The notes: generated by a model from the sequence alone, not told the origin. DNA of 64,000 nt from Acidobacteriota bacterium (GCA_021161905.1 JAGGZT010000012.1:17675-81674), one strand, 5' to 3'. Positions 50,982 through 62,189 are shown, numbered from the stretch's first letter. Translations and numbers: made by a program.

Positions 50982-51992
50982 TTGTCAATTGCGAATCTTG
51001 CACTTAATTTAAGAGAAAAGAAGATGAGCTTGAGAAAGATGGAAGAAATAGAGGTGGTGGTCGGTCCTGGAGAAACGGGGACGAGGCTCGATATCTTTCT
51101 TATGCGTTATTGCAGGAAGCACACCAGGGCACAAATACAGCGACTGATAGATGAGGGGCTGATCCTAGTCGATGGAGAGGTGAAAAAGCGGAGCTACCGC
51201 GTAAAGGAGGGGGAGCGGGTAAAAGGAACCCTTAAACCTCCGCCAGCTATAAAACTCGAGCCGGAGGAGATCCCTCTCCATATCGTCTATGAGGACGACG
51301 AATTGGTGGTGGTGAACAAACCTCCGGGAATGGTGGTTCACCCTTCATCAGGCCATTTCAAAAGCACCCTGGTAAATGCCTTGCTTCACCATTGCACAAC
51401 GCTCTCTGAGGGAAGTGATCCTGTAAGACCGGGTATCGTCCATCGGCTCGACAAGGGAACATCTGGGCTTATGGTGGTGGCGAAGAACAACTTCGCCCAC
51501 AAGATCCTTGGGGAACAGTTCCAGCAACACCTGATAAAGAAGGAGTACTTCGCCCTCTGTTGGGGTGAACTTAAGGACGACGAAAGGAAAATAGAGGCAC
51601 CAATAGGGAGAAACAAGAAAAACCGAAAGAAATACGCTGTCATTCCCGAGGGGAAAGAGGCGATAACTATCGTTAAGGTGAAGGAGCGTTTCTCCGGTTT
51701 TACCTTAGTCTCCGCCTCACCCCTCACCGGGAGAACGCATCAGATCCGAGTTCATCTTTCTCATATCGGCCATCCCTTAGTAGGGGATCCCCTCTATGGT
51801 GGAGCGCGCATCAAGGGCAAGGTGGAAGAGGAGCTTGCTCAGATAATAAAGGACCTCAACCGCCCTGCTCTCCACTCAGCCAAACTCGGCTTCTATCATC
51901 CGGAAAGCGGGGAGTATTTAGAATTCTACCAACCCCTACCAGACGATATGAAAGGATTGCTCGACTACCTTAGGGAAGGACGAGGCATTTGA
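50982..51992 (+). CDS. rluD: 23S rRNA pseudouridine synthase RluD (RluA family)
   Basis: An S4 domain is followed by the RluA catalytic motif HRLDKGTSGLMVVAK. There is a TTG start with AAGGAGG. An alternative start is MEEIEV..., 19 codons downstream. Confidence 0.85.
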   Translation: MSIANLALNLREKKMSLRKMEEIEVVVGPGETGTRLDIFLMRYCRKHTRAQIQRLIDEGLILVDGEVKKRSYRVKEGERVKGTLKPPPAIKLEPEEIPLHIVYEDDELVVVNKPPGMVVHPSSGHFKSTLVNALLHHCTTLSEGSDPVRPGIVHRLDKGTSGLMVVAKNNFAHKILGEQFQQHLIKKEYFALCWGELKDDERKIEAPIGRNKKNRKKYAVIPEGKEAITIVKVKERFSGFTLVSASPLTGRTHQIRVHLSHIGHPLVGDPLYGGARIKGKVEEELAQIIKDLNRPALHSAKLGFYHPESGEYLEFYQPLPDDMKGLLDYLREGRGI

Positions 51993-52001
51993 ATTTTTCG
52001 T

Positions 52002-52030
52002 TGCCATAACCTCGCAATTATGGTATTATT
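52002..52030 (+). promoter_or_regulatory. sigma70 promoter for the EF-G paralogue (TTGCCA-17-TATTAT)
   Basis: gTTGCCAtaacctcgcaattatggTATTATttttt. It overlaps the rluD stop region. Confidence 0.4.
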
Positions 52031-52066
52031 TTTTCCGTTTAAAACTAATGGAAAGAAGGGGATGGA

Positions 52067-54163
52067 GTGATGAAGGATTACGACATCAAGAATTTGAGGA
52101 ATGTCGCTCTAATAGGACACGGTGCATCGGGAAAAACCTCTCTCGCCTCGGCTATACTGTTCGACACCGGGGCGGTGAATCGCTTGGGGCGGGTCGAAGA
52201 GGGAAATACGGTAACCGACTACGACCCGGAAGAGATAGAACGAGGGATCTCGCTAAGCACCGCCTTATGCTTCAGCGAGTGGAAAAACCATAAGATAACC
52301 ATCATCGACACCCCCGGTTATGCCAACTTTATCTCCGATGCCTATGCAGGCATCAGGGTAGCCGACTCCGCGGTGGTTCTCATCTGTGGCGTTGCCGGGG
52401 TAGAGGTCCAGACGGAGAAGGTATGGAAATTCGCCGATAAGGAGGGGCTTCCCCGTCTCATCGTGATAAACAAGCTGGACCGGGAGAGGGCAAGCTTCTC
52501 CCGGGCGCTGGAATCGGTGACGAAGAGATTCGGTCGAGGGGTGGTTCCCATTGCTCTTCCCATTGGGGAGGAGAAGGAATTCCGGGGAGTGGTGGACCTC
52601 ATAAAGAACAAAGCATATCTTTACTCTGATGATGCTTCGGGGAAGTTCGAAGAGAAAGAGATTCCGGACGAGCTTGCTTCTCTGGTTGAGGAAAAGCGGG
52701 AGAATTTAATCGAGATGGTCGCCGAGATGGATGAAGAGCTGATGGAGAAGTTCTTTGACGCTGGCACCCTGAGCGAAGAGGAACTTATCGCCGGGTTAAA
52801 GAAGGCAGTTCTTGAGGGGAAGATCTTCCCCGTGTTACCCCTTTCCGCCACCAAAAACATCGGGGTGGAACAGCTTCTTTCCGCGGTGATCGACTATCTA
52901 CCTTCTCCCGCTGATCGGGGTGAGGCAAAGGGGAAGAATCCCGAAGACGGCTCGGAAATGACAAGGAAGCCGTCCCCGGATGAACCGTATTCAGCTTTCG
53001 TCTTCAAGACGATGGCTGATCCTTTTGCCGGGAAGATAACCCTTTTCCGGGTGTACTCGGGAACGATAAAAGCGGATTCCACCATCTATAATGTGAACAA
53101 GAAGAAGAACGAAAAGCTCGGCTCCCTCTTCTTCCTTCAGGGGAAGAACCAGGTGGCAACTGCGATGGTAAAAGCAGGGGAGATAGCAGGGGTGGCGAAA
53201 CTGAAGGAAACAGCCACCAACGACACCTTAGCTGATCCCAATTCCCCCATCATCTACCCCCCGATTCCCTTCCTCAAGCCATCGATATCGTTCGCCATCA
53301 AACCGAAAGCTCGGGGGGACGAGGAGAAGATAAGCAATGCCTTGAACCGACTCCTCGAGGAGGATCAAACATTTACCTTGGAGCGCGACCCGCAAACCAA
53401 GGAGCTCATCATCTCAGGACAGGGACAGCTTCATGTGGAGGTGATCGTTGCCAAGCTAAAGAAGAAATTCGGGGTGGATGTCCTCCTCGCCCAGCCCAAG
53501 GTTCCCTATCGGGAAACCATCACCGCCAAGGCGAAAGCCCAAGGGAAATACAAAAAGCAGACCGGCGGTAGGGGGCAATATGGCGATTGCTGGATCGAGA
53601 TCGAGCCACTTCCCCGGGGCAAGGATTTCGAATTCGTGGACAAGATATTCGGTGGCGCTATACCCAAGAACTTTATTCCCGCTATTGAGAAAGGGATCCA
53701 GGAAGCAAGACAGACCGGAGTATTGGCGGGATACCCGGTGGTTGACTTCAAAGTAACCCTCTTCGATGGGTCATACCATGTGGTCGATTCCTCAGAGCTC
53801 GCCTTCAAGATCGCTGGCTCTTTAGCCTTCAAGAAGGCGATGGAACAAGCAAAACCCGTGCTCCTCGAGCCGATAATGAATGTGGAGATAACCGTCCCTG
53901 AGGATGCGCTCGGCGATGTAATGGGAGATCTAAACAGCAGGCGAGGTAAGATAATGGGAGTGGAGGCAGAGGGAGAATATCAAGTCATAAGGGCTCAGGT
54001 ACCGATGGCGGAGATGCTCTCCTATGTGCAAGACCTAAACTCGCTTACTGGTGGAAGGGGAGTGTTCGAGATGGAGTTCTCGCATTACGACGAGGTTCCC
54101 GCCCACATCGCTCAGAAGATAATAGAGGAAGCCCAAAAAGCAAAGGAAGAGGAAAAGGAATAG
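52067..54163 (+). CDS. EF-G-like translational GTPase paralogue with noncanonical G-motifs
   Basis: 698 aa with five EF-G domains (G, II, III, IV, V). G1 is GHGASGKTS, G4 is NKLD, and G3 is DTPGYANF where canonical factors have DTPGH. It is not in a str-operon context. Confidence 0.88.
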   Translation: MMKDYDIKNLRNVALIGHGASGKTSLASAILFDTGAVNRLGRVEEGNTVTDYDPEEIERGISLSTALCFSEWKNHKITIIDTPGYANFISDAYAGIRVADSAVVLICGVAGVEVQTEKVWKFADKEGLPRLIVINKLDRERASFSRALESVTKRFGRGVVPIALPIGEEKEFRGVVDLIKNKAYLYSDDASGKFEEKEIPDELASLVEEKRENLIEMVAEMDEELMEKFFDAGTLSEEELIAGLKKAVLEGKIFPVLPLSATKNIGVEQLLSAVIDYLPSPADRGEAKGKNPEDGSEMTRKPSPDEPYSAFVFKTMADPFAGKITLFRVYSGTIKADSTIYNVNKKKNEKLGSLFFLQGKNQVATAMVKAGEIAGVAKLKETATNDTLADPNSPIIYPPIPFLKPSISFAIKPKARGDEEKISNALNRLLEEDQTFTLERDPQTKELIISGQGQLHVEVIVAKLKKKFGVDVLLAQPKVPYRETITAKAKAQGKYKKQTGGRGQYGDCWIEIEPLPRGKDFEFVDKIFGGAIPKNFIPAIEKGIQEARQTGVLAGYPVVDFKVTLFDGSYHVVDSSELAFKIAGSLAFKKAMEQAKPVLLEPIMNVEITVPEDALGDVMGDLNSRRGKIMGVEAEGEYQVIRAQVPMAEMLSYVQDLNSLTGGRGVFEMEFSHYDEVPAHIAQKIIEEAQKAKEEEKE

Positions 54164-54196
54164 AATCTCAGGTAGAGAGAGTATAAAAAAAGAAAA

Positions 54197-54225
54197 AAGG
54201 GAGTGTTTTTCACTCCCTTTTTTGT
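54197..54225. terminator. bidirectional intrinsic terminator between the EF-G paralogue and rplQ
   Basis: AAGGGAGUG-uuuuu-CACUCCCUU flanked by A/T runs on both sides, so a U-tract follows the hairpin on either strand. Confidence 0.6.
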
Positions 54226-54256
54226 TTGTGTTGTGTTTAAACGGATAAAGACAACT

Positions 54257-54685
54257 CTAAGTGGAGGTTTTCTTCTTTTTCTCTTTCTCCTCCCGTTTTT
54301 TCTTCTTCTCTTCCAACTTTTCCTTCCAATTACTCCCTAAGATCTCCAAAACCGCCATCTCCGCCCGATCACCCTTCCTTGGCTCGGCACGAAGGATCCG
54401 AGTATATCCTCCGTTTCTCTCGGCGAACCGGGGGGCAATGGTATCAAACAACTTAGCCACCACTTCCTTCTTCCGTACGAAGCGAAGCGCCAACCGCCGA
54501 GAGTGAAGATCATCCCTCTTCGCCAAGGTGATCATCTTCTCTGCAATGGAGCGAGCCTCTTTAGCCTTGGCTACCGTGGTCAGGATCCGCTCGTGCTCAA
54601 ACAAGGAGGTGACCAGATTGCGAAGCATCGCCATCCTATGGGCAGTGGTTCGCCCCAGCTTCCTCCGGGCTACTCGGTGCCGCAT
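54257..54685 (-). CDS. rplQ: 50S ribosomal protein L17 with a Lys/Glu-rich C-terminal tail
   Basis: 142 aa beginning [17 protein letters not shown], with the tail [19 protein letters not shown]. Confidence 0.93.
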   Translation of the reverse strand: MRHRVARRKLGRTTAHRMAMLRNLVTSLFEHERILTTVAKAKEARSIAEKMITLAKRDDLHSRRLALRFVRKKEVVAKLFDTIAPRFAERNGGYTRILRAEPRKGDRAEMAVLEILGSNWKEKLEEKKKKREEKEKKKKTST

Positions 54686-54709
54686 CGTCCCATACTCCTT
54701 TCCTTAAAA

Positions 54710-55708
54710 TTACGAAACTGCCTTTTTCTTCAACCCCTTGAGCTTCTCCGGATCGATCTTCATCCCCAATTGCAACCCCATACTCGCCAGGATCTCCTTT
54801 ATCTCGCTCAGCGACTTCCTGCCGAAGTTCTTCGTCTTGAGCATCTCCTGCTCCGTCTTCTGAACGAGATCTGCTATGGTCTTGATATTAGCGCTCTTCA
54901 AGCAGTTATAGGACCTTACCGATAGTTCAAGTTCATCCACTGGTTTCATAAGATATTGCAGGATCCGATCCCCTTCCTTGTCCTCTTCCCCTTCCTCCTC
55001 TTCAGCAGGTTCCTCAAAGTCAATGAATATATTGAGATGCTTTCTCAAAAGCATCGCCGCCTGCGCCAACGCGTCCTTAGGATCTAAACAGCCATTGGTC
55101 CAGATCTCGAGGATCAGTCGGTCATAATCGGTGGTCTGCCCTAAACGAGCGTCCTCCACCAGATAACGGACCTTCTTCACCGGGGAATGGATGGAATCTA
55201 TCGGGATGAACCCCGGCTCTAAATCCTCATCGAAGTTGCGATCGGCGGGAACATACCCTCTGCCCCATTTTACCCGCATCTCAATGCGGAGGCTCCCTCC
55301 CTTGCTAAGGGTAGCGATGTAGATATCCTTATCCACTATCTCAACATCGTTTCCAGTCTCTATATCCCCGGAGCGGATCTCTCCCGGCTTGTCCGCTTCG
55401 AGGTATATTGTCTTCGGTCCTTCCGACTTGAGCTTGAGAGGTATCTGTTTCAGATTGAGGATGATGTCGATCACATCCTCCACCACCCCAGGAAGGGAGC
55501 AAAATTCGTGGGGCGCCCCCTCTATCCTAACAGCGGTAATCGCTGCCCCTTCGATGGAGGAAAGAAGCACCCGGCGAAGGGCATTACCGAGGGTAACCCC
55601 AAAACCCCGCTCCAGGGGCTGGGCGATGAAACGCCCATAGGTGGAGCTAAGTTCATTGGGGTCAAAATCCAACCTCTTTGGACGCTGAAAGCCCTTCCAA
55701 AGTAGCAT
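54710..55708 (-). CDS. rpoA: DNA-directed RNA polymerase alpha subunit
   Basis: 332 aa with an N-terminal dimerisation domain and a C-terminal alpha-CTD (...[20 protein letters not shown]...). Confidence 0.93.
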   Translation of the reverse strand: MLLWKGFQRPKRLDFDPNELSSTYGRFIAQPLERGFGVTLGNALRRVLLSSIEGAAITAVRIEGAPHEFCSLPGVVEDVIDIILNLKQIPLKLKSEGPKTIYLEADKPGEIRSGDIETGNDVEIVDKDIYIATLSKGGSLRIEMRVKWGRGYVPADRNFDEDLEPGFIPIDSIHSPVKKVRYLVEDARLGQTTDYDRLILEIWTNGCLDPKDALAQAAMLLRKHLNIFIDFEEPAEEEEGEEDKEGDRILQYLMKPVDELELSVRSYNCLKSANIKTIADLVQKTEQEMLKTKNFGRKSLSEIKEILASMGLQLGMKIDPEKLKGLKKKAVS

Positions 55709-55744
55709 TTTTACCTCACCTTAAGGTTAAATTTCATTGAGAGC

Positions 55745-56374
55745 TTACTTGGAGTAAAGCTCCACGATGAGCTGCTCCTGGACCGGAAAGTCGATATCCT
55801 CCCGAGAGGGATACTCTACCACCTTCCCTACCAGGTTATCGTAATCCACCTCCAGCCATTTGGGTACTGGCCTATTCTGGGTGAGCTGCATCGCCTGGGT
55901 AATCGCTTCGAGCTTTTTGCTTTTTTCCCTCACCGCGATCGTATCTCCTTTCTTCACCAGATAGGAGGGGATATCCACCTTCTTCCCATTCACCTCGATG
56001 TGTCCGTGACGAACCATCTGCCTTGCCTGAGGCCGAGAGCTGGCAAACCCCAGCCGAAAGACCACATTATCCAGTCTCCGCTCCAGAAGGGAAAGAAGGT
56101 TCTCGCCAGTGATACCCCGTTTTCGCTCCGCCTTCTTGAAATAGATGCGGAACTGTCGCTCAAGCACCCCGTAGATCCGTCTTACTTTCTGCTTTTCCCT
56201 TAGCTGAAGGCCATAACCGATTATCCTCAGCCTCCTGGCTCTGCCATGCTCGCCAGGAGGATAAGGTCTCTTTTCAAGGGCACACTTATCTGAGAAACAC
56301 CTTTCCCCTTTAAGGAAAAGCTTCGTTCCCTCACGTCTGCAAAGACGACAAACCGCCCCTCTATATCTCGCCAC
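55745..56374 (-). CDS. rpsD: 30S ribosomal protein S4
   Basis: 209 aa beginning [16 protein letters not shown], with a zinc-finger-like N-terminus and an S4 domain. Confidence 0.93.
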   Translation of the reverse strand: MARYRGAVCRLCRREGTKLFLKGERCFSDKCALEKRPYPPGEHGRARRLRIIGYGLQLREKQKVRRIYGVLERQFRIYFKKAERKRGITGENLLSLLERRLDNVVFRLGFASSRPQARQMVRHGHIEVNGKKVDIPSYLVKKGDTIAVREKSKKLEAITQAMQLTQNRPVPKWLEVDYDNLVGKVVEYPSREDIDFPVQEQLIVELYSK

Positions 56375-56413
56375 TCCTCATACCTCCTTAAAATAACTTA
56401 TAACCCATAGAGA

Positions 56414-56809
56414 TTAGACCCGACGCCTCTTCGGTGGGCGACAACCGTTATGGGGAATAGGAGTGACATCCTTGATCGACTTTATCTGGAGCCCCACCGA
56501 CTGAAGCGCCCGAATAGCCGTTTCCCTACCAGAACCAGGACCCTTTACCCGAACATCCACACTCTTTACCCCATGCTCCTTTGCCTTATTCCCCGCCGCT
56601 ATCGCTGCCTGCTGAGCAGCGAAAGGGGTTCCTTTACGCGATCCCTTAAAGCCCACCGTTCCCGCACTCGACCAGCAAAGGACATTTCCCTGCGGATCGG
56701 TTATGGTAACTATCGTATTGTTAAAGGTCGCCTGAATATAGGCGATCGCTTCGGGAACATTCTTCTTGACCTTCTTGGGACCTCTTCTTCTCCTCTTTTT
56801 TCCCGCCAT
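56414..56809 (-). CDS. rpsK: 30S ribosomal protein S11
   Basis: 131 aa with ...[10 protein letters not shown]... and a basic C-terminus. Confidence 0.93.
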   Translation of the reverse strand: MAGKKRRRRGPKKVKKNVPEAIAYIQATFNNTIVTITDPQGNVLCWSSAGTVGFKGSRKGTPFAAQQAAIAAGNKAKEHGVKSVDVRVKGPGSGRETAIRALQSVGLQIKSIKDVTPIPHNGCRPPKRRRV

Positions 56810-56820
56810 TGCTCACCACC

Positions 56821-57195
56821 TCATCTTTTCTTTCTTCTCATAGAGCTGAGTCGTGGACCCTTCCAAGTACGGGCATTGGTGTGGGTCCTTTGGCCACGAA
56901 CAGGTAACCCCCGCTTGTGCCTCAATCCCCGATAGCAGCCGATCTCTATCAACCGCTTAATGCTTAAGGAAACCTCTTTCCGCAATTCCCCTTCCACCTT
57001 TATCCCACTGTTATCAATGACCTTCCGTATCCGGCTTATCTCCTCTTCGGAAAGGTTCTTGACCCTCTTGCTCGGATCCACCCCTGCCTTGGCTAAAATC
57101 ATCTTGGAAAGAGTAGGACCTATCCCATAGATATAGGTTAAGCCCACATCGATCCGTTTTTCTCGGGGAAGGTCAACACCAACAATTCGCGCCAC
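56821..57195 (-). CDS. rpsM: 30S ribosomal protein S13
   Basis: 124 aa beginning [14 protein letters not shown], with a GTG start. Confidence 0.93.
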   Translation of the reverse strand: MARIVGVDLPREKRIDVGLTYIYGIGPTLSKMILAKAGVDPSKRVKNLSEEEISRIRKVIDNSGIKVEGELRKEVSLSIKRLIEIGCYRGLRHKRGLPVRGQRTHTNARTWKGPRLSSMRRKKR

Positions 57196-57215
57196 TTCCC
57201 TACCTCCTTAAGAGA

Positions 57216-57329
57216 TTAACCCTGACGTTGTTTATGTCTTGGGTTCTTACAGATAACCCTTACCACGCCTTTTCTCTTTATAATCCTACACTTATCACAG
57301 ATCTTCTTTACCGATGCTCTGACCTTCAT
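57216..57329 (-). CDS. rpmJ: 50S ribosomal protein L36 (zinc-ribbon form)
   Basis: It is not in the ORF track because it is under 60 aa. Hand translation gives [37 protein letters not shown], with C3H zinc ligands. It lies between infA and rpsM. Confidence 0.88.
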   Translation of the reverse strand: MKVRASVKKICDKCRIIKRKGVVRVICKNPRHKQRQG

Positions 57330-57362
57330 CGGAAACTCCTTCCTCCCTTCTTCTTCCCTACC

Positions 57363-57581
57363 TTACTTATACCGGTAGACTATCCTCCCCCGAGTAAGAT
57401 CGTAGGGGGAGAGCTCCACCTTCACCTTGTCCCCGGGCAGAATGCGGATGAAATTCTTCCTCATCCGCCCAGAGATGTGGGCAAGGACCTGGAGCTTATT
57501 CTCCAGCTCCACCCGGAACATAGCATTCGGTAGGGGCTCAATCACCGTACCTATTACCTCGATCGGCTCCTCCTTAGGCAT
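57363..57581 (-). CDS. infA: translation initiation factor IF-1
   Basis: 72 aa OB fold (...[35 protein letters not shown]). Confidence 0.93.
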   Translation of the reverse strand: MPKEEPIEVIGTVIEPLPNAMFRVELENKLQVLAHISGRMRKNFIRILPGDKVKVELSPYDLTRGRIVYRYK

Positions 57582-57584
57582 ACA

Positions 57585-58253
57585 CTAACCTCTTCCTTCT
57601 TTTCCCTTAACTCTTTCTAGGACAGAAATGATCGAGCTGAATACTTCCTCTATCGATCCCTCACCATCTATATCCACCAGTTTGCCTTGATTCCGATAGT
57701 ATTTGATAACCGGTGCTGTCCTCTCCGCCGCTACCTGAAGCCTATGCCTCATCACCTCTTCACTATCATCACTCCTTCGCACCAACCTGGTTCCGCAGCC
57801 ATCACAGATCCCCTCTCTTTTTGGGGGGGTAGTAGATAGATTATAACATCTACCGCAGGAGGGGCAATAGAGTCGATTAGAAAGCCGGGAGACGATCTTA
57901 TCCTCGGAAACAATGAGGTTCAAAACCACATCGACCGCCAAACCCCGATTTTCAAGCATCTTATCAAGCATCTCCGCCTGGGGCACCGTGCGGGGGAAAC
58001 CATCGAGGATGAAGCCCTTCTTGGCATCAGGGTTCTCAATCCGTTCTGCAATCATCTCGACGATCAAATCATCAGGTACCAGCTCCCCAGCATCGAGATA
58101 CCCTTTAACTTTCTCTCCCAGATCGCTCCCTGAAGCAACCTCAGCTCGCAACATATCGCCAGTGGATATATGAGCAAGAGAAAATCTCTCCTCGATAAGC
58201 TTCGCCTGCGTTCCCTTTCCTGTGCCCGGTGGACCTAAAAGCACCACTATCAT
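57585..58253 (-). CDS. adk: adenylate kinase (zinc-lid form)
   Basis: It has the P-loop GPPGTGKGTQ and a LID domain with a CPSCGRCYN...CDGCG zinc site. Confidence 0.93.
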   Translation of the reverse strand: MIVVLLGPPGTGKGTQAKLIEERFSLAHISTGDMLRAEVASGSDLGEKVKGYLDAGELVPDDLIVEMIAERIENPDAKKGFILDGFPRTVPQAEMLDKMLENRGLAVDVVLNLIVSEDKIVSRLSNRLYCPSCGRCYNLSTTPPKREGICDGCGTRLVRRSDDSEEVMRHRLQVAAERTAPVIKYYRNQGKLVDIDGEGSIEEVFSSIISVLERVKGKEGRG

Positions 58254-59639
58254 CTATCCCCTCCTTCCCCTGATCCTCGTCTTCCTCATAAATCCTTCAT
58301 AATGTCGCATAAGGAGCTGAGATTCTACCTGTTGCATAAAGTCCATCGCTACCCCAATCACAATGAGAAGGGAGGTGCCGCCGAAATAGAACCTCACCCC
58401 CAACCCCTCAGTTACCCACATCGGCAGATGAGCATCAAGCCAAGGACCGATCACGGGAATGGAACCCACCTTGAACCCATACATCAGAAATGTGGGAAGA
58501 ACCGCTACCGCCGATAGATACAACGCCCCGCCAAAGGTTATCCTGCTCAGGATGAAATCGATGTATTCCGCCGTCCGCCTCCCGGGACGGATCCCAGGGA
58601 TAAAACCCCCGTATTTCCTAAGGTTGTCGGCGACATCGACAGGGTTGAAGATAATGGCGGTATAGAAATAGCAGAAGAAGATTATTGCGATAACATAAAT
58701 GAGCTCATAAAGAGGCTCTCCAGTCCGGAAATAGCTGGCTATCGTCTGCGCCCAGGGCTTCTTTATGAAGGTAACCACCATCTGAGGAAGCATAACGATG
58801 GAAACGGCGAAGATGATGGGGATGACGCCACCGGTATTCACCCTTAGAGGAAGGTGGGTGCTCTGTCCGCCATAGACCCTTCGCCCCATAACCCTCTTGG
58901 CATAGGAAACCGGTATCCGGCGTTGCCCCCGTTCAACGAAAACAATGAAGGCGATCACCAATACCATAAAGAGACCAATAAAAAGGAACTTGAGCAGGGA
59001 AAGGTTTCCTGAACGGAGATCGCCAAAGGTGGTTATAACGGCGTTGGGCACCCGGGCAACGATACCAGCAAATATAATAAGAGAGATACCGTTTCCTATA
59101 CCCCTTGCCGATATCTGCTCTCCAAGCCACATAATGAATATGGTACCGGTGGTAAGGGTGAGCACCGTCATTAATCGGAATGACCAACCGGGATGAGAAA
59201 CAATAGGAGCACCGGAAATAGGAGCGCGCATCTTCTCCAACCCAATGCTTATGCCCAAAGCCTGAATGGCGGATATGAGGACGGTGCCATAACGGGTGTA
59301 CTGATTAATTTTCTTCCGTCCCAGTTCCCCCTCCTTGGAAAGACGCTCGAGATAGGGCCAAACTACGGTTAGCAATTGAAGGATGATCGATGCGCTGATA
59401 TACGGCATAATACCGAGGGAGAAGATGGTGAAATTCCTCAGAGCTCCCCCGGAGAAAAGATCCATTAGCCCAAACACACCTCCCTTAAACCGCTCAAAGA
59501 ACTCAGCTACCGCCTCTCCATTAACCCCAGGGGTAGGTATGTGCGCCCCTACCCGATAAACCGCAAGGAGGAGAAAGGTAAAGATCAACCTCTTCCTTAA
59601 GTCAGGAATACTAAAGATGTTTCTCAGACTCTCAATCAT
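58254..59639 (-). CDS. secY: preprotein translocase SecY
   Basis: 461 aa with 10 TM helices and the SecY signature region. It sits in the spc operon position. Confidence 0.93.
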   Translation of the reverse strand: MIESLRNIFSIPDLRKRLIFTFLLLAVYRVGAHIPTPGVNGEAVAEFFERFKGGVFGLMDLFSGGALRNFTIFSLGIMPYISASIILQLLTVVWPYLERLSKEGELGRKKINQYTRYGTVLISAIQALGISIGLEKMRAPISGAPIVSHPGWSFRLMTVLTLTTGTIFIMWLGEQISARGIGNGISLIIFAGIVARVPNAVITTFGDLRSGNLSLLKFLFIGLFMVLVIAFIVFVERGQRRIPVSYAKRVMGRRVYGGQSTHLPLRVNTGGVIPIIFAVSIVMLPQMVVTFIKKPWAQTIASYFRTGEPLYELIYVIAIIFFCYFYTAIIFNPVDVADNLRKYGGFIPGIRPGRRTAEYIDFILSRITFGGALYLSAVAVLPTFLMYGFKVGSIPVIGPWLDAHLPMWVTEGLGVRFYFGGTSLLIVIGVAMDFMQQVESQLLMRHYEGFMRKTRIRGRRG

Positions 59640-60106
59640 CGTTCTATGACCTCAACCTCTCCCCCGGCTCCCTTTATCTTCTCTATGGCTCCCCGACTGA
59701 ACTTGTGGGCAACCACCTTCAGGGGCCGGTCTATTTCACCATCACCCAATATCTTAACCCCATCCTTCACCTTCTTTATTATACCCCGCTCGAGGAGCAA
59801 CTCCGGAGTGACCTCGGTATTCGGGGGGAAATCCGCCAACCGCTCAACATTTACCTCCGCATACTCCTTGCGGAATATGTTGGTGAACCCCCGCTTGGGC
59901 ACCCGGCGATGGAGGGGCATCTGCCCTCCCTCAAAACCAAGCGACTGATGAAAACCGGAACGGGACTTCTGTCCATCCCTACCCCGGCAGGAGCTCCTTC
60001 CATGACCCGAACCTATCCCCCTACCTACTCGCTTCTTCCTCTTTAATGCTCCCTTAGGCGGTTTCAAATTGGCTAAAGTAATCTCCTCCATCCCTTTACT
60101 CCTCAA
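59636..60106 (-). CDS. rplO: 50S ribosomal protein L15
   Basis: It has a Gly/Arg-rich N-terminus ([12 protein letters not shown]...). The start may be the internal [11 protein letters not shown]. Confidence 0.9.
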   Translation of the reverse strand: MRSKGMEEITLANLKPPKGALKRKKRVGRGIGSGHGRSSCRGRDGQKSRSGFHQSLGFEGGQMPLHRRVPKRGFTNIFRKEYAEVNVERLADFPPNTEVTPELLLERGIIKKVKDGVKILGDGEIDRPLKVVAHKFSRGAIEKIKGAGGEVEVIER

Positions 60107-60296
60107 TGATCCTCACCAAATGAGGTATTTTCTTCACCATACCCCTTATCTCCGGGGTATCAAGACGAACCACTACCTGATTGAGCCTTCTAAGACCCAA
60201 ACCCCGTAATACCTCTCGCTGTTTCTTTGGATAACCTATGGCACTCTTTACCTGCTTAATCTTTATCGTCTTCCCCTTTTTCTGCTTGGTGACCAC
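60096..60296 (-). CDS. rpmD: 50S ribosomal protein L30
   Basis: 66 aa with ...[25 protein letters not shown]... Confidence 0.9.
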   Translation of the reverse strand: MVTKQKKGKTIKIKQVKSAIGYPKKQREVLRGLGLRRLNQVVVRLDTPEIRGMVKKIPHLVRIIEE

Positions 60297-60316
60297 TTTC
60301 CTTCACCCTCTTTCTG

Positions 60317-60826
60317 CTACTCTCTGTTAACTATATCCTTACCTCTTATCCGAGCCACCCTCTCCGGATCCTTGAGCTTGAGTAAGCCATCAAAAGTGGC
60401 CTTGACCACATTGTGAGGATTATTACTGCCAAGCGACTTGGCAAGCACATCCTTAACCCCACAGAGCTCAAGCACCACCCGCACCGCGCCACCAGCAATG
60501 ATGCCAGTACCCGGAGAGGCAGGCTTCATAAGCACCTTACTAGCACCAAATTCCCCCAGCACAGCGTGATGAAGGGTAGTATTATTAAGAGGAACCTCAA
60601 TGAGGTTCTTCTTGGCGATTTGGATCCCTTTATTTATCGCCTGAGGTACTTCCCGAGCCTTACCCAAACCATAACCAACATGACCCTTGCCATCACCCAC
60701 CACCACCAAGGCGGTAAAGCTCAGGTTCTTACCCCCTTTGACTACTTTAGTGACTCGGTTTATATAAATAACCTGATCGGTAAGCTCAAGCTCGTTGGCG
60801 TCTATCCGTTTCCTCTTAAGCAACAC
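60317..60826 (-). CDS. rpsE: 30S ribosomal protein S5
   Basis: 169 aa with a dsRBD-like N-domain (...[30 protein letters not shown]...). Confidence 0.93.
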   Translation of the reverse strand: MLLKRKRIDANELELTDQVIYINRVTKVVKGGKNLSFTALVVVGDGKGHVGYGLGKAREVPQAINKGIQIAKKNLIEVPLNNTTLHHAVLGEFGASKVLMKPASPGTGIIAGGAVRVVLELCGVKDVLAKSLGSNNPHNVVKATFDGLLKLKDPERVARIRGKDIVNRE

Positions 60827-60845
60827 TTCCTCCTTTCTCCCTCAC

Positions 60846-61208
60846 TTAGAACTCAATACCTTCTTCTCTCATCGCTTCGGCAGCCGCCTTCACCCTGCCG
60901 TGATACTTATAACCTCCTCGATCAAACACTATCTTCGTGATTCCCTTCTCCTTAAGCTTCGCTGCCATAAGCTCACCCGCCAGCTTCGCCGCTGCTATGT
61001 TGCCTCCATAAGTCATCTTCGATTTGAATAAGGGATCGAGCGACGAAACCGAAGCTATGGTAACCCCTCGGGTATCGTCTATTGCCTGAAGATAAATGTG
61101 TTTAAGACTTCGAAAAACACAAACCCGAGGACGCTCTTTGGTACCCTTAACCTTTTTTCTTACCCTTAAATGTCTCCGCTTTCTCGCCTCTTCCTTAGTT
61201 AACTTCAT
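60846..61208 (-). CDS. rplR: 50S ribosomal protein L18
   Basis: 120 aa with the N-terminus [11 protein letters not shown] and C-terminus ...[13 protein letters not shown]... Confidence 0.93.
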   Translation of the reverse strand: MKLTKEEARKRRHLRVRKKVKGTKERPRVCVFRSLKHIYLQAIDDTRGVTIASVSSLDPLFKSKMTYGGNIAAAKLAGELMAAKLKEKGITKIVFDRGGYKYHGRVKAAAEAMREEGIEF

Positions 61209-61231
61209 CGATCATCGCCCTCCAAGAATCA

Positions 61232-61777
61232 TCACTGACCACCAACTCCGGCTTTACCAACCTTCCTTCGAAGGACCTCACCTTTGTACCTTATCCCCTT
61301 ACCTTTGTAAACATCGGGTTTCCTTAAACTCCTTATGTTCGCCGCTACCTGACCAACTAACTGCTTATCGATACCGGATACGGTGAGTTTCGTTCCTCCC
61401 TCTACCTGAATGGAGATGCCTTTTGGAATGGAGAATTCGATGGGATGAGAATAACCGAGCTGGAAGATCACTTTATCTCCCTTATGCTCCGCTTTATAAC
61501 CCACCCCAACGATCTCAAGCTCCTTAGAAAACCCTTCACTAACCCCCTTTATCGCGTTGGCAAGCAAACTCCTTGTGAGACCATGAAACATCCGTTGGCT
61601 CCGAGAATCACCGGAACGCTCAACAACCGCCACCGAATTCTCCGCCCGCACCGTGATCCCCTCAGGAAGGGGGGTACGAAGCTCCCCCTTAGGACCCTTG
61701 ACTACCACCTCACTCCTGCCTATCTCTAAATTAACCCCAGCGGGAATGGATATCGGTTTCCTTCCTATCCTCGACAT
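61232..61777 (-). CDS. rplF: 50S ribosomal protein L6
   Basis: MSRIGRKPISIP start with AAGGAGG 6 nt upstream. The ORF-track start at 61807 would overlap rpsH. Confidence 0.92.
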   Translation of the reverse strand: MSRIGRKPISIPAGVNLEIGRSEVVVKGPKGELRTPLPEGITVRAENSVAVVERSGDSRSQRMFHGLTRSLLANAIKGVSEGFSKELEIVGVGYKAEHKGDKVIFQLGYSHPIEFSIPKGISIQVEGGTKLTVSGIDKQLVGQVAANIRSLRKPDVYKGKGIRYKGEVLRRKVGKAGVGGQ

Positions 61778-61793
61778 TTGCAGCCTCCTTCCC

Positions 61794-62189
61794 CTACCAC
61801 ACCTCACAGAGAACTTCCCCTCCTACCCCCTTCTTCCGCGCTTCAGCATCGGTAAGGATCCCTTTGGAGGTAGAAAGGATGGCAATGCCCAACCCGTTCA
61901 GTACCCTGGGGACCTCCTCCTTCCCACAATAGACCCTTCGCCCCGGTTTACTCACCCGCTTGAGACCGGTAATAGCCGGTTCCCCTTCCGGGGTATATTT
62001 GAGCCTGAGGGTCAGAATACCCTGCTTTCCGTCATCCTCAAACCGGAAGTTCTCCACATAACCCTCTTCCTTCAAAATCCTCGCTATCTCGAGCTTCATC
62101 TTGGAAGAGGGGAGGGATACCTCCTCCTTCTTCGCCATAAGTGCGTTTCTGATCCGGGTCAGCATATCAGCAATGGGATCGGTCATCAT
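61794..62189 (-). CDS. rpsH: 30S ribosomal protein S8
   Basis: 131 aa beginning [15 protein letters not shown]. Confidence 0.93.
   Translation of the reverse strand: MMTDPIADMLTRIRNALMAKKEEVSLPSSKMKLEIARILKEEGYVENFRFEDDGKQGILTLRLKYTPEGEPAITGLKRVSKPGRRVYCGKEEVPRVLNGLGIAILSTSKGILTDAEARKKGVGGEVLCEVW

Noticed and set aside
52048-52293. 81-aa plus-strand ORF overlapping the EF-G paralogue start in another frame
   Set aside because: It overlaps the conserved G-domain coding region; the EF-G frame carries the P-loop.
57228-57533. Plus-strand 101-aa ORF spanning rpmJ and infA
   Set aside because: It is antisense to two highly conserved genes (L36 by hand translation, and IF-1).
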